DNA from: an uncultured Woeseia sp.
GTDB taxonomy: Bacteria > Pseudomonadota > Gammaproteobacteria > Steroidobacterales > Woeseiaceae
Direction of reading: 5' to 3'
Assembly: GCA_964630795.1 (NCBI GenBank)
Contig: CAZVWF010000004.1
Location: 1,182-65,181, forward strand
DNA: 64,000 bases
Every line of letters begins with the position of its first letter. The first letter of the stretch is position 1. Position numbers and translations under genes: made by a program. The notes under the pieces were generated by a model, which worked only from the letters and a program-made list of their open reading frames with translations, was not told the origin of the DNA and ran no database searches. Shown here one piece after another: positions 37,470 to 46,309 of the stretch.

Positions 37470-38447
37470 TTATAAGAGCGACTCGATGGCAGCACGCTCT
37501 TCGCGCAGCTCCGCCTCGGTGGCTTCCATACGGGCACGGCTAAATTCGTTCACGTCCAGGCCCTCGACAATCTCGTACCCACCGTCGCGGCAACGAACCG
37601 GATAGGAATAGACGATGCCCTCACCGATACCGTAGCTGCCATCGGCCGGGATCGCCATGCTGACCCAGTCATCGTCAGGCGTGCCGAGCGTCCAGTCATG
37701 CATATGATCAATCGCTGCGGAGGCGGCAGATGCTGCCGATGAGGCACCTCGCGCGGTAATAATGGCAGCGCCTCTCTGTTGTACCGTCGGGATAAACTCG
37801 TCAGCCAGCCAGCGCTCGTCCACCAGGTCCATCGCGTCGGTACCGTCGACCGTGGCATGAAACAGGTCGGGATACTGTGTCGCCGAGTGGTTGCCCCAGA
37901 TGGTCAGCCGTCGCAGGTCATTCACGTGGTTGCCGGTTTTGGCCGCCAGTTGCACCATTGCCCGGTTGTGATCGAGACGCGTCATCGCTGTGAATTGGGA
38001 CGCGTCGATGTCCGGTGCATTGCTGCTGGCGATCAGCGCATTGGTATTGGCGGGATTACCAACCACGAGGACGCGGATATCGCGGTTCGCGTGTTCATTC
38101 ATTGCCTTGCCCTGCGCCGAGAAGATCTGCGCATTGGCTTCGAGCAGATCATTGCGCTCCATGCCGGGTCCGCGTGGCCTGGCGCCCACCAGCAGTGCAT
38201 ATTCGCTGTCACGGAAGGCGATGTTCGCGTCGTCCGTTGCTTCGATGCCGGCCAGCGTGTCGAAAGCGCAATCGTCGAGTTCCATGACGACGCCCTCCAG
38301 TGCCTGTAATGCAGGCGTGATTTCAAGGAGCTGGAGAATGACTGGCTGGTCCTCACCAAGCATCTGGCCGGAGGCGATTCGGAAGGCGAGCTGGTAACCG
38401 ATCTGACCTGCAGCACCGGTGATCGTAACGCGGACGGGGTTTTTCAT
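37470..38447 (-). CDS. mdh: malate dehydrogenase
   Basis: [23 protein letters not shown]-binding N-terminus and about 325 aa. The tracked start at 38525 is judged an extension. Confidence 0.9.
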   Translation of the reverse strand: MKNPVRVTITGAAGQIGYQLAFRIASGQMLGEDQPVILQLLEITPALQALEGVVMELDDCAFDTLAGIEATDDANIAFRDSEYALLVGARPRGPGMERNDLLEANAQIFSAQGKAMNEHANRDIRVLVVGNPANTNALIASSNAPDIDASQFTAMTRLDHNRAMVQLAAKTGNHVNDLRRLTIWGNHSATQYPDLFHATVDGTDAMDLVDERWLADEFIPTVQQRGAAIITARGASSAASAASAAIDHMHDWTLGTPDDDWVSMAIPADGSYGIGEGIVYSYPVRCRDGGYEIVEGLDVNEFSRARMEATEAELREERAAIESLL

Positions 38448-38555
38448 TGGCAACGGACCTTTGATTCGAGGGCATAATCTTTGGATCGGGCGCGCGATTC
38501 TAGCACCCGGAGCCTGTTCCGGCACCCGTCAAAAACCCCTATTTGCCGGTGTGGA

Positions 38556-39122
38556 TTACTGCGGCGCCGAAAACTGTGGAAAGGCCTGGAGGAGCGCCTG
38601 CAACTCTCTTTCCGCAGCCCCGGAGAGGCCGCTTTGTTCGAGTTCGCGTACGCACTGCCACCACGTGCCCGATGTCGCTCGAGCCTCATCGTCACATTGC
38701 CGCCCGGCAGGTAGTAGCGTGGCCTGCTCCCCGGGGTTGACTGTTGCCGCCGGTACCACCGATGTTTCCTGATCCTGCTGGCGCTTAAGAATCTGCCCCG
38801 CCGTTTGCTTTGCGGCGTTCTGTAAGGCCGCGGCCGGGGGGGCTACGATGGTTTCGTCGGTGCGCGGCAGGTCAAACTGCGGTGCATTGGTGAGCTGCAC
38901 CATCAGTGCCAGTGTTACCGCCGCCGTTGCGATCAAGGTCAACGGCCTTAGCCAGGCATTGATACGCGACAATCCGGAGCCGCCTGTCACGGCATTGCGG
39001 GCTTCTTGCCATATTGCCGCGTCTGCACGGGCTGGCGCAGATTCCTGAGCGAGTTCCTGGTAGGCCTTCGCGATCTCGACGTCTATTTCCTGCGACTTGT
39101 TGTTTGATTCATTCATGGACAA
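38556..39122 (-). CDS. putative anti-sigma factor (single-pass membrane protein)
   Basis: It lies directly downstream (12-nt gap) of the ECF sigma gene. It has one TM segment (LRPLTLIATAAVTLALMV) and no recognisable zinc anti-sigma motif. Confidence 0.45.
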   Translation of the reverse strand: MSMNESNNKSQEIDVEIAKAYQELAQESAPARADAAIWQEARNAVTGGSGLSRINAWLRPLTLIATAAVTLALMVQLTNAPQFDLPRTDETIVAPPAAALQNAAKQTAGQILKRQQDQETSVVPAATVNPGEQATLLPAGRQCDDEARATSGTWWQCVRELEQSGLSGAAERELQALLQAFPQFSAPQ

Positions 39123-39134
39123 CGTCCGGGGTAT

Positions 39135-39695
39135 TCAGGTCTCAGCAGCTGCGGGGTCGTGCAGCGACGCGCGCAACTTCTTATTGGCGTAGCGAAGCCG
39201 GCTCTTTGCCGTCTCCCGGTTTACTCCGGTGACCAGGGCGATGTCATCAATCGAAAAACCACCTTCCTCATGTAGCAAGAAGGCGTCCCGCTGCTCCGGG
39301 GGCAATTCGCACAATGCGGCGTCCAGCCACTCGCGCGCCAACAGTTTCTCTGTCCGCTGTTCCGGCCCCTCCGTCGGATCCGCTTCCATCTCGGGAACAG
39401 AATCCAAATGGTTGACGTGGCGCTTGTTCCGCCTGACAGAGTCAATGAAGCAGTTGTGCGCAACGCGGAACAGATAGGTCGTGAATTTTGCGGTTGGCCG
39501 GTAGTTCTCGCGTGCTTTGATGATTTTGCCCCAGGCCTCCTGGAACACGTCCTCGGCGGTATGTGGATTACCGGACAACCTGAGAAGGTAGCGGTACAGC
39601 GAATCCTTGTGCCGCAGATACAGACATTCGAATGCCGTGGCGTCTCCTCCCCGGTATCGGAGCATTAACGCTGTATCTTCGAGAGTCTCACTCAT
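39135..39695 (-). CDS. ECF-type RNA polymerase sigma-70 family factor
   Basis: Region 2 (FECLYLRHKDSLYRYLLRL...AEDVFQEAW) and region 4 (LPPEQRDAFLLHEEGGFSIDDIALVTGVNRETAKSRLRYA). The start is chosen at ATG 39695. Confidence 0.8.
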   Translation of the reverse strand: MSETLEDTALMLRYRGGDATAFECLYLRHKDSLYRYLLRLSGNPHTAEDVFQEAWGKIIKARENYRPTAKFTTYLFRVAHNCFIDSVRRNKRHVNHLDSVPEMEADPTEGPEQRTEKLLAREWLDAALCELPPEQRDAFLLHEEGGFSIDDIALVTGVNRETAKSRLRYANKKLRASLHDPAAAET

Positions 39696-39871
39696 GCGGC
39701 GAGCATAAGCGACCGTGCTGGATCCGGCCAGCACAGGGGTGTTTTCGATGGTGGCGATATTCGTACAAGTCATTGCTTTTAAAGGACTTAAGGGCGCGAT
39801 TGTGAGTCATTAAACGGTGCAGGGCGGGTTTTTGGGTTTTTTTTTCAAACAACTTGCAATCAGCTAACTGG

Positions 39872-39893
39872 GTGTTATAGTTAACTATAACAC
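39872..39893. promoter_or_regulatory. perfect 22-bp palindrome, probable operator of the downstream YtrA-type GntR regulator
   Basis: GTGTTATAGTT|AACTATAACAC lies 46 nt upstream of ATG 39940. GntR-family operators are typically GT...AC palindromes. Confidence 0.55.
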
Positions 39894-39939
39894 TACTTCA
39901 CCAAGAGAGAATCAGGCCGGGGGGCCTGGTACGCGCAGA

Positions 39940-40227
39940 ATGAGCAAGCGATTTGTTCAATTGACCAGCGGCTGGATACTGGTAACGCTGGCATTGCTGC
40001 TGGCCACCGTGCTGATTTCGGGACAAGCAGGTGCTGCCGAACCGCCGCAATCGCGCGTGCCGCCGACTGTGTCAATACCGGACGAGAATGATCACGCTCA
40101 CCTCGCATCGATTCGGCATTTTGTCGATACCGAGTTGTCGATGCCGAAGCGTGTGCAGGTGACAATTGATGTTTCCGTCTACCCGGTTTCCGAGGATATG
40201 CCGGCAACAACAGACCGACTTGGGTGA
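39940..40227 (+). CDS. hypothetical small secreted or membrane protein
   Basis: N-terminal hydrophobic segment WILVTLALLLATVLISGQAGAA. It is the first ORF after the palindromic operator. There is no clear RBS. Confidence 0.4.
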   Translation: MSKRFVQLTSGWILVTLALLLATVLISGQAGAAEPPQSRVPPTVSIPDENDHAHLASIRHFVDTELSMPKRVQVTIDVSVYPVSEDMPATTDRLG

Positions 40228-40237
40228 GGGCAGCACA

Positions 40238-40402
40238 ATGCACATGAATGACTGGCACAGATTCTGGTGGCGCTTTGCCGCATTCCTGTTTCTGAATAAA
40301 CCCTTTCGCTCCTACGGCGAACTGGTACTTCGCCCTGTTACCCTGGCGGAGCGCGCCGCAACCGATGCTGCCGCAGCAAGCGCCCGGCAGAACAAGACGT
40401 AA
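40238..40402 (+). CDS. hypothetical small protein (54 aa)
   Basis: ATG 40238 is preceded by GAGGG. The sequence is Trp/Phe-rich (MHMNDWHRFWWRFAAFLFL...). Support comes only from position within the operon. Confidence 0.25.
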   Translation: MHMNDWHRFWWRFAAFLFLNKPFRSYGELVLRPVTLAERAATDAAAASARQNKT

Positions 40403-40417
40403 CAAGGACCGGATTGA

Positions 40418-40807
40418 ATGGACCCCAAATGGGATGAAGATCTGCCGATCTATCGCCAGTTGCGCGATCGCGTCGTGACCATGATTCTCGATGGCGTTCT
40501 GGAGGATGGAGATGCTTTGCCCTCCGTCAGGAACGTTGCTGCGGAATACCGGCTAAACCCGTTAACCGTACTGAAAGGTTACCAGGAACTCGTCGACGGA
40601 GGTCTGGTCGAGAAGAAGCGAGGTCGCGGCATGTTCGTCACCGATGGTGCCAGGACACAGTTACTCAAGGATGAGCGGCAGCGATTCCTTGACAAGGAGT
40701 GGCCCGAGGTTGCGGCCACAATCGAACGCCTGGGGCTCGATGCAAAGGACCTGTTGAGCTCGATCAAGTCGTCGGGAGATTCCGTTAAAGGTGAGCAGAA
40801 TGACTAG
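40418..40807 (+). CDS. GntR-family transcriptional regulator, YtrA subfamily (short effector domain)
   Basis: Winged-HTH PIYRQLRDRVVTMILDGVLEDGDALPSVRNVAAEYRLNPLTVLKGYQELVDGGLVEKKRGRGMFV. At 129 aa it has the YtrA-type short C-terminus. Confidence 0.85.
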   Translation: MDPKWDEDLPIYRQLRDRVVTMILDGVLEDGDALPSVRNVAAEYRLNPLTVLKGYQELVDGGLVEKKRGRGMFVTDGARTQLLKDERQRFLDKEWPEVAATIERLGLDAKDLLSSIKSSGDSVKGEQND

Positions 40808-41657
40808 TCTCGTCAGCGCGAGAAACGTGTCAAAAAGTTTCGGCAACCTGCGTGCTGTCGACAACGCGAGTTTTGAAATCGAAAAGGGTCGCATTATGGG
40901 CCTGATCGGCCCAAACGGTGCCGGCAAGACAACCTTGCTGAAGGCCGTGCTCGGCCTTACGGATTGTGAAGGCAGTCTTTCCGTACTTGGGCTGGACCCT
41001 TTCAGGCAGCGCCGCAAACTGATGCAGAACATCTGCTTTATTGCCGACGTCGCTGTCCTGCCGCGCTGGATCAAGGTATATCAGCTGCTCGACTTTATGG
41101 CGTCTGTACATCCGAACTTTTCCCGCGAAAAAGCGGAAAACCTGCTTGCCAAAACGGACATCAGGCAAAGCTCTAAGGTCCGCGAATTGTCGAAGGGCAT
41201 GGTGACCCAGCTGCACCTGTCAATCATTACGGCCATTGACGCGAAGCTGCTGGTCCTGGACGAACCCACGCTTGGTCTGGACATCATTTTCCGAAAAGAC
41301 TTTTACCGCAATCTGCTCAATGATTACTTCGATGAGGAACGCACGATCATCATCACGACCCACCAGGTTGAAGAGATTGAGAACCTGTTGACTGATGTCA
41401 TGTTCATCAATCATGGCCAAATCGTGCTGGACGCGCGGATGGATGCCATTCCCGACACCTATGTCGAATTGCTAGCCTCTGCGGAAAATGCGGCCAGGGC
41501 GACTCAGTTCAATCCGATTTACGAGCGCGAAATATTTGGCAAAAAAGTGCTGACTTTCGAAGGGGTCGATCGTGCCTCACTGGAGGGGCTGGGTGAAATC
41601 AGGACGCCGGATATTGCGGACCTGTTTGTTGCCAAGGTCAAGGGAGAAGACGCATGA
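40800..41657 (+). CDS. ABC transporter ATP-binding protein
   Basis: Walker A GPNGAGKTT, signature LSKGMVTQ (degenerate) and Walker B LLVLDEPT. The start overlaps the regulator gene stop. Confidence 0.85.
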   Translation: MTSLVSARNVSKSFGNLRAVDNASFEIEKGRIMGLIGPNGAGKTTLLKAVLGLTDCEGSLSVLGLDPFRQRRKLMQNICFIADVAVLPRWIKVYQLLDFMASVHPNFSREKAENLLAKTDIRQSSKVRELSKGMVTQLHLSIITAIDAKLLVLDEPTLGLDIIFRKDFYRNLLNDYFDEERTIIITTHQVEEIENLLTDVMFINHGQIVLDARMDAIPDTYVELLASAENAARATQFNPIYEREIFGKKVLTFEGVDRASLEGLGEIRTPDIADLFVAKVKGEDA

Positions 41658-42574
41658 TCCAGACACAGCTGGCACTGCTGCAAAGGGAACTCTGGGAGCA
41701 CCGCGCCGTATTCGTCGTACCCGTAATCGTCGCCGTTATTACATTGCTGATGTCGTGGACCGGTCAGATGACTATTGGGGAGCTCGAACACCTGGACGCC
41801 GGCATCGTTGGCCTCAGCAACATGCCTGAAAACGTTCGGGCGGCTGCGTTGTCATTCACGATGGTTGGTCTTGCGGTCTCATTCATCATTGCAATGTGGA
41901 TCCTGACGATTTTCTATGCGCTGGATGCGTTATACGCCGAACGCAAGGACCGCAGCATTTTGTTTTGGCGATCGATCCCGGTGACAGATTTCGAAACGGT
42001 ACTTTCCAAGCTGCTGACGGCATTGCTTGTCATACCCCTGGTCACCTTCGTCATCATCGCTGCGACTCAGTTACTGGTGCTCCTGAGCCTGACCGTCCAG
42101 GTTGATGCCCGTGGCGGAAGTCCCTTGCAGCTAATCTGGGCGGCCGCACCTTTCCTGGATACCTGGGCCGCAACAATCGTCTTGTTGATTGCATTGCCGC
42201 TCTGGCTGTCGCCATTCATCGGCTGGTTCCTTTTCGTATCAGCGTTTACGAAGCGCTCACCACTGCTTGTCGCTGCAATGCCGATCGTATTGTTGCCGAT
42301 GTTCGAGAAGCTGTTCTTTGACAGTGCATTGATGGCCGAGGCCTTCTTTGTCAGGTCATTGGAGTTCCCGCTCTTTACAGGTATCGACAGCATGACGTTA
42401 ATGATGCAGGAAACAGAGGACCTTGCGGCCCTGGCGGAAGCTGAGCTCAGTGTGTTCAGCTTGCTGGACCTGGGTAACTTTCTGGCAAGCCCGGAGCTCT
42501 GGCTCGGCATGGCGGTGTGCGGAATCTTCAGTGCAGCCGCGATCTATTTGCGACGTTATCGGGACGACTCCTGA
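41654..42574 (+). CDS. ABC-2-like integral membrane protein (putative permease partner)
   Basis: A multi-span hydrophobic 306-aa protein with a 4-nt overlap with the ATPase gene. Confidence 0.6.
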   Translation: MIQTQLALLQRELWEHRAVFVVPVIVAVITLLMSWTGQMTIGELEHLDAGIVGLSNMPENVRAAALSFTMVGLAVSFIIAMWILTIFYALDALYAERKDRSILFWRSIPVTDFETVLSKLLTALLVIPLVTFVIIAATQLLVLLSLTVQVDARGGSPLQLIWAAAPFLDTWAATIVLLIALPLWLSPFIGWFLFVSAFTKRSPLLVAAMPIVLLPMFEKLFFDSALMAEAFFVRSLEFPLFTGIDSMTLMMQETEDLAALAEAELSVFSLLDLGNFLASPELWLGMAVCGIFSAAAIYLRRYRDDS

Positions 42575-42742
42575 GCTGACTTTCGAGTATCCAGGCTATG
42601 CTTGCGGATCTTGCCGCATAGCTGGTGACAGGTGGGCCCGGGCAATTGGCGGAGCGGATCAAAGTGCCTGAACGAATCGTCACCGAGAAGCGGCTAGATC
42701 TCAAAATGGAAGCAGACGCACTCCAGGTCCCGGAAAATTGGC

Positions 42743-42776
42743 AAAAAAAAGCCCGTCTCAAGACGGGCTTTTTTTT
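42743..42776. terminator. bidirectional rho-independent terminator
   Basis: A8 - gcccgtct - ca - agacgggc - T8, lying between convergent genes. Confidence 0.85.
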
Positions 42777-42790
42777 CATGAATCTTGCGT

Positions 42791-43153
42791 TTAGCCGTCG
42801 TCCCTTGCGCGAAATGCCTGAACTTCTGCATTGAACTGGGCGGCGACTCTTTCCATCTCGTCAACGGCCGCATTATATTTCTTGTTCAGCATTTCATCGC
42901 GTTCCTGTTCCTGCTCGGGCTGAAGGTCGGCAATAGCATCGCGAGCCTGCGTTTCTTCTTCCACGATGCACTCAAGATAGACTTCCATGTCGGCCACATA
43001 CGCTTTGACGCCGCGTTGACCTTCAATCATTTCTTCCGTCGTGGAGGTATTGCCATTCGGAATCAATACTCGCGCCGGGTAGTCACAGGCGAACGCCTGT
43101 CCGGTTGCAAAGATGAGGGTGGTACTCAGCACAATCTTGATTAGTCTGTTCAT
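42791..43153 (-). CDS. hypothetical periplasmic protein
   Basis: Signal peptide MNRLIKIVLSTTLIFATGQAFA, two Cys residues and a Glu-rich helical C-terminus. Confidence 0.5.
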   Translation of the reverse strand: MNRLIKIVLSTTLIFATGQAFACDYPARVLIPNGNTSTTEEMIEGQRGVKAYVADMEVYLECIVEEETQARDAIADLQPEQEQERDEMLNKKYNAAVDEMERVAAQFNAEVQAFRARDDG

Positions 43154-43311
43154 TTTCCTGGCTTCTTGGTTTGCGGCGGTCCGGAGTTCGTTGCCGCCTT
43201 GATGGTTATGCCTCTGGAGATGCCGCCTTATTTAATCACATCGCCCGGAGTGAGTGAAACTCCCCGCCAAATTGCTCTTAAATCAGATAATTAGCAGTTC
43301 CAGAAACGTTC

Positions 43312-45759
43312 TTATGCAAACAGGGTTCGGTATTGGTCGGTACCGTCCGTTTGCGCCATGAGTAACTCGAGATAGCTGTCTGAACTCATCGGGTCACCGA
43401 ACAGCAGGCCTTGTACATAGGTGCAGTCATGTGACTGGAGAAATGCCAATTGTTCCTCGGACTCGACGCCTTCCGCAACGACATCCATATTCAGGCTTTG
43501 CCCCATGTGGATAATCGTGCCGACGATAGTCGCGTCATCTGCGTTGACGGCGATGTCCTGCACGAATGATTTGTCGATCTTCAGCGTACTAATCGGGAAT
43601 TGCTGCAACGCGCTCAGAGACGAATACCCTGTGCCAAAGTCGTCAATCGCAAGGTGAAGCCCCAGTGCGTACAACTGATCGAGAATCTTGATGGTTCGAT
43701 CAGGATTCTCCATCAGCGTCGTCTCTGTGATTTCAAGCTCCAGGGAGGTTGGTGACACTTCATAGCTTTGCAGAATGGCGCTGATCCGATTGATGAAGTT
43801 GGGCTGCCGCAACTGCTTCAGAGACAGGTTTACGGATACTCGTCCCGGCAACGACACGGTTTGCTGCCAGCGTTGAAAATCCTCGCAAACCCGGTCCAGG
43901 ACCCATTCGCCGATATCGATAATCAGGTTGGTCTCTTCTGCCAGGGGTATGAAGTCCGATGGCAGGATGATGCCGCGCTCCGGCAACTCCCATCGAACCA
44001 GTGCCTCCGCGCCAATTACGGTACCGGTCTGCAAGTTGTACTTCGGTTGATAGTGAACGAGCAGTTCATCGCGTTCAAAGGCCCGCTTCAGCTTGCTCTT
44101 GGTCATCAGCCGCTCAACCACGGCCTCGTTCATTTCCGGCATGTAATACGAATGCATGTTGCCGCCCGATTTCTTCGCGTGGTAAAGGGCCGCGTCAGCA
44201 TTCTTGATGAGATCGATAACGTTGGGCGCATCAACCGGGTAGAAAGCGATGCCCATGCTGGCAGTCATAAACACTTCGTGGCCCTGCACGAAAAACGGTT
44301 CCGCAAGTCGATCCAGCACTTCACGTGAGACCATGTCGAGCGCGGAGGGATCGTCAGGGTCGGCGGCGCCGTTATCGACAATGACTGCAAACTCGTCTCC
44401 GGCCAGGCGGCCAATCACCGACTCATCCGGTAATGTGTCTTTCAGTCGTTCGGTAACGGTTTCCAGCGTGGCATCGCCAGCGAGATGACCGAATGTGTCG
44501 TTGATTTCCTTGAAGTTGTCGATGTCGATATAAAACAGCGCAACCGACTTCTCCCGGCGCTTTGCCCGCGCGATCGCACGCTGCAGCAGATGCTGAAATT
44601 GCATGCGGTTGGGGACTTTTGTCAGCGCGTCAATTCTGGCCAGGTAACGGATGCGTTTTTCGGCCTTGCGGCGCTCGGTGATGTTCTGTGCCGCATAAAT
44701 GCGGTGCCCTAGAAAATCGCCCTCGGCTTCGATGGACGAGCTCGTGTACGAGATCGGAATTCGCTCGCCGGAATGCGACAACAGGAACGCTTCGCAGGGA
44801 ACACCGGTATGAGTATCTGTGACCAGTGAGCCGCCTTTCTTTTTGTCGACAATCAGGCCGATGTGCTGTCCGACGAGCTCCGATTCGGTGTACTCGAGCA
44901 TGCGGGTGGTGGCCGCATTCACGCGGGTGATCGTTCCTTCCGGCGATGTCACGATGATGGCTTCGTTCATACTGGAAAGTATGCTGTCGACATAGTTACG
45001 CGAAATCGTCGTTCGCTTCAGTTTCTCCCGCATATTGTTAAAGACTGCCGCAAGATCGGCAAGCAAATCACCGCCGCGAATCATGAGCGGCTCGCCGTAG
45101 TCTGCATCGCTCAGTTTCTCGGCCTGTACTTTGAGCGCGCGAATTCGCTCAGCCTGCAGTCTTGCGATCAGCCAGATGACAAATCCGCAAAGGACGATAG
45201 TGATCAACGTTGCCGCCCCGATCCAGAGAAAACTCGTTTGGCGGCTTTGCGTCCCCAGTTCGACGAGTTGCTCCTCGAACGCCTCTGATTGGCTGGCTAA
45301 TGTTGCGAGGTCAAAATTCCCGGACAATGAGCCGATGTTGTCACCGTTCTGGATGACCGGAAATTTCATATTCAGGCGCTCGGGTCGCCACAGGACATTC
45401 TCTGTAATCGTCTCTTCGGCGAGGAGGCCTGATTCGATGGTGGAGCCATCGGCGTGCGTGTAGCGAAGACCGATCAGTGTTTCGTTATCGATAATCGCCT
45501 GGTCGAGAATGTTGCGCGCGGCTGCGGCACTGTCGACATCTGCCTCCGATACTGCATCGGCGATTCGGTACAACTGTCCGCGCGCCCGACGTTCGAAGCT
45601 GCCCGCCAGGCTTTCGTCATGTTGTTCGACACTGCTCGTGACGATTCCGGATGCCATCCACTGATACTGGCCGTAGAACAGGGCCAAAATGACACCAATA
45701 CCGATCAACGCAATGATCGATACCAGGATCAGGTACCTGGAGAGGATTCTGCCGGCCAT
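43312..45759 (-). CDS. membrane sensor with PAS, GGDEF (AGDEF variant) and EAL domains
   Basis: Two TM segments flank a roughly 150-aa periplasmic region. There is a PAS region, the GGDEF-domain motif RLAGDEFAV, and EAL-domain motifs EALVRW and DDFGTGYSS. Confidence 0.88.
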   Translation of the reverse strand: MAGRILSRYLILVSIIALIGIGVILALFYGQYQWMASGIVTSSVEQHDESLAGSFERRARGQLYRIADAVSEADVDSAAAARNILDQAIIDNETLIGLRYTHADGSTIESGLLAEETITENVLWRPERLNMKFPVIQNGDNIGSLSGNFDLATLASQSEAFEEQLVELGTQSRQTSFLWIGAATLITIVLCGFVIWLIARLQAERIRALKVQAEKLSDADYGEPLMIRGGDLLADLAAVFNNMREKLKRTTISRNYVDSILSSMNEAIIVTSPEGTITRVNAATTRMLEYTESELVGQHIGLIVDKKKGGSLVTDTHTGVPCEAFLLSHSGERIPISYTSSSIEAEGDFLGHRIYAAQNITERRKAEKRIRYLARIDALTKVPNRMQFQHLLQRAIARAKRREKSVALFYIDIDNFKEINDTFGHLAGDATLETVTERLKDTLPDESVIGRLAGDEFAVIVDNGAADPDDPSALDMVSREVLDRLAEPFFVQGHEVFMTASMGIAFYPVDAPNVIDLIKNADAALYHAKKSGGNMHSYYMPEMNEAVVERLMTKSKLKRAFERDELLVHYQPKYNLQTGTVIGAEALVRWELPERGIILPSDFIPLAEETNLIIDIGEWVLDRVCEDFQRWQQTVSLPGRVSVNLSLKQLRQPNFINRISAILQSYEVSPTSLELEITETTLMENPDRTIKILDQLYALGLHLAIDDFGTGYSSLSALQQFPISTLKIDKSFVQDIAVNADDATIVGTIIHMGQSLNMDVVAEGVESEEQLAFLQSHDCTYVQGLLFGDPMSSDSYLELLMAQTDGTDQYRTLFA

Positions 45760-46237
45760 ATTCAGTTCGACTCGGGCGGTCGCTCAATAATGCAGCGCCA
45801 GCCCACTTATTATTATTTTCGATCCGCGCCCAGGCACAGCTGACGGCCCGGTCACGGTTTTCGACGTGGGCATAGTTTATCACTTGGACCAGGGTGGACG
45901 CGACGGAATCTTTGTCTTGAACCGTCGAAAAACCTGACACTTTTCAAGGAATTGGACGGAGCTTATGACATAACCGGGCAGCTTGGGCATTGGCGGGACC
46001 GGGGCCTGCGGAGGCTTCCCTGGTGGGTGCTGTCTGTCGTGCCCGAAAAGACTTCCGGATCAGGCGATTCGGGGTGACACGGGTGAGCAAAAACCACGCT
46101 GATCGTTGACGATTCGAGATTCGCACGATTTGTGCCGAAGCGCATTCCCGATGATGCCGTATCCCGTCAATATCGAGGGCATCCCGGCCGGGCGCAGGTA
46201 TCGGAAAAGCACTGATTGAGACAGTTATTTAGGCCGA

Positions 46238-46266
46238 TTGGCACGCCTTATGGCGGTCTGTATAGT
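46238..46266 (+). promoter_or_regulatory. sigma70-type promoter candidate for gshA
   Basis: TTGGCA (46238-46243), 17 nt, TATAGT (46261-46266), located 44 nt upstream of the TTG start. Confidence 0.45.
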
Positions 46267-46309
46267 CCCGGAATGATGACCGCGCGCAGAACGTCCCGGA
46301 GCCACTAGC

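Noticed and set aside
46239-46254. A sigma54-like TGGCAC element upstream of gshA.
   Set aside because: The -12 position reads TGG instead of the essential TGC at the required spacing. The same bases fit a sigma70 -35 box (TTGGCA) with a 17-nt spacer to TATAGT.
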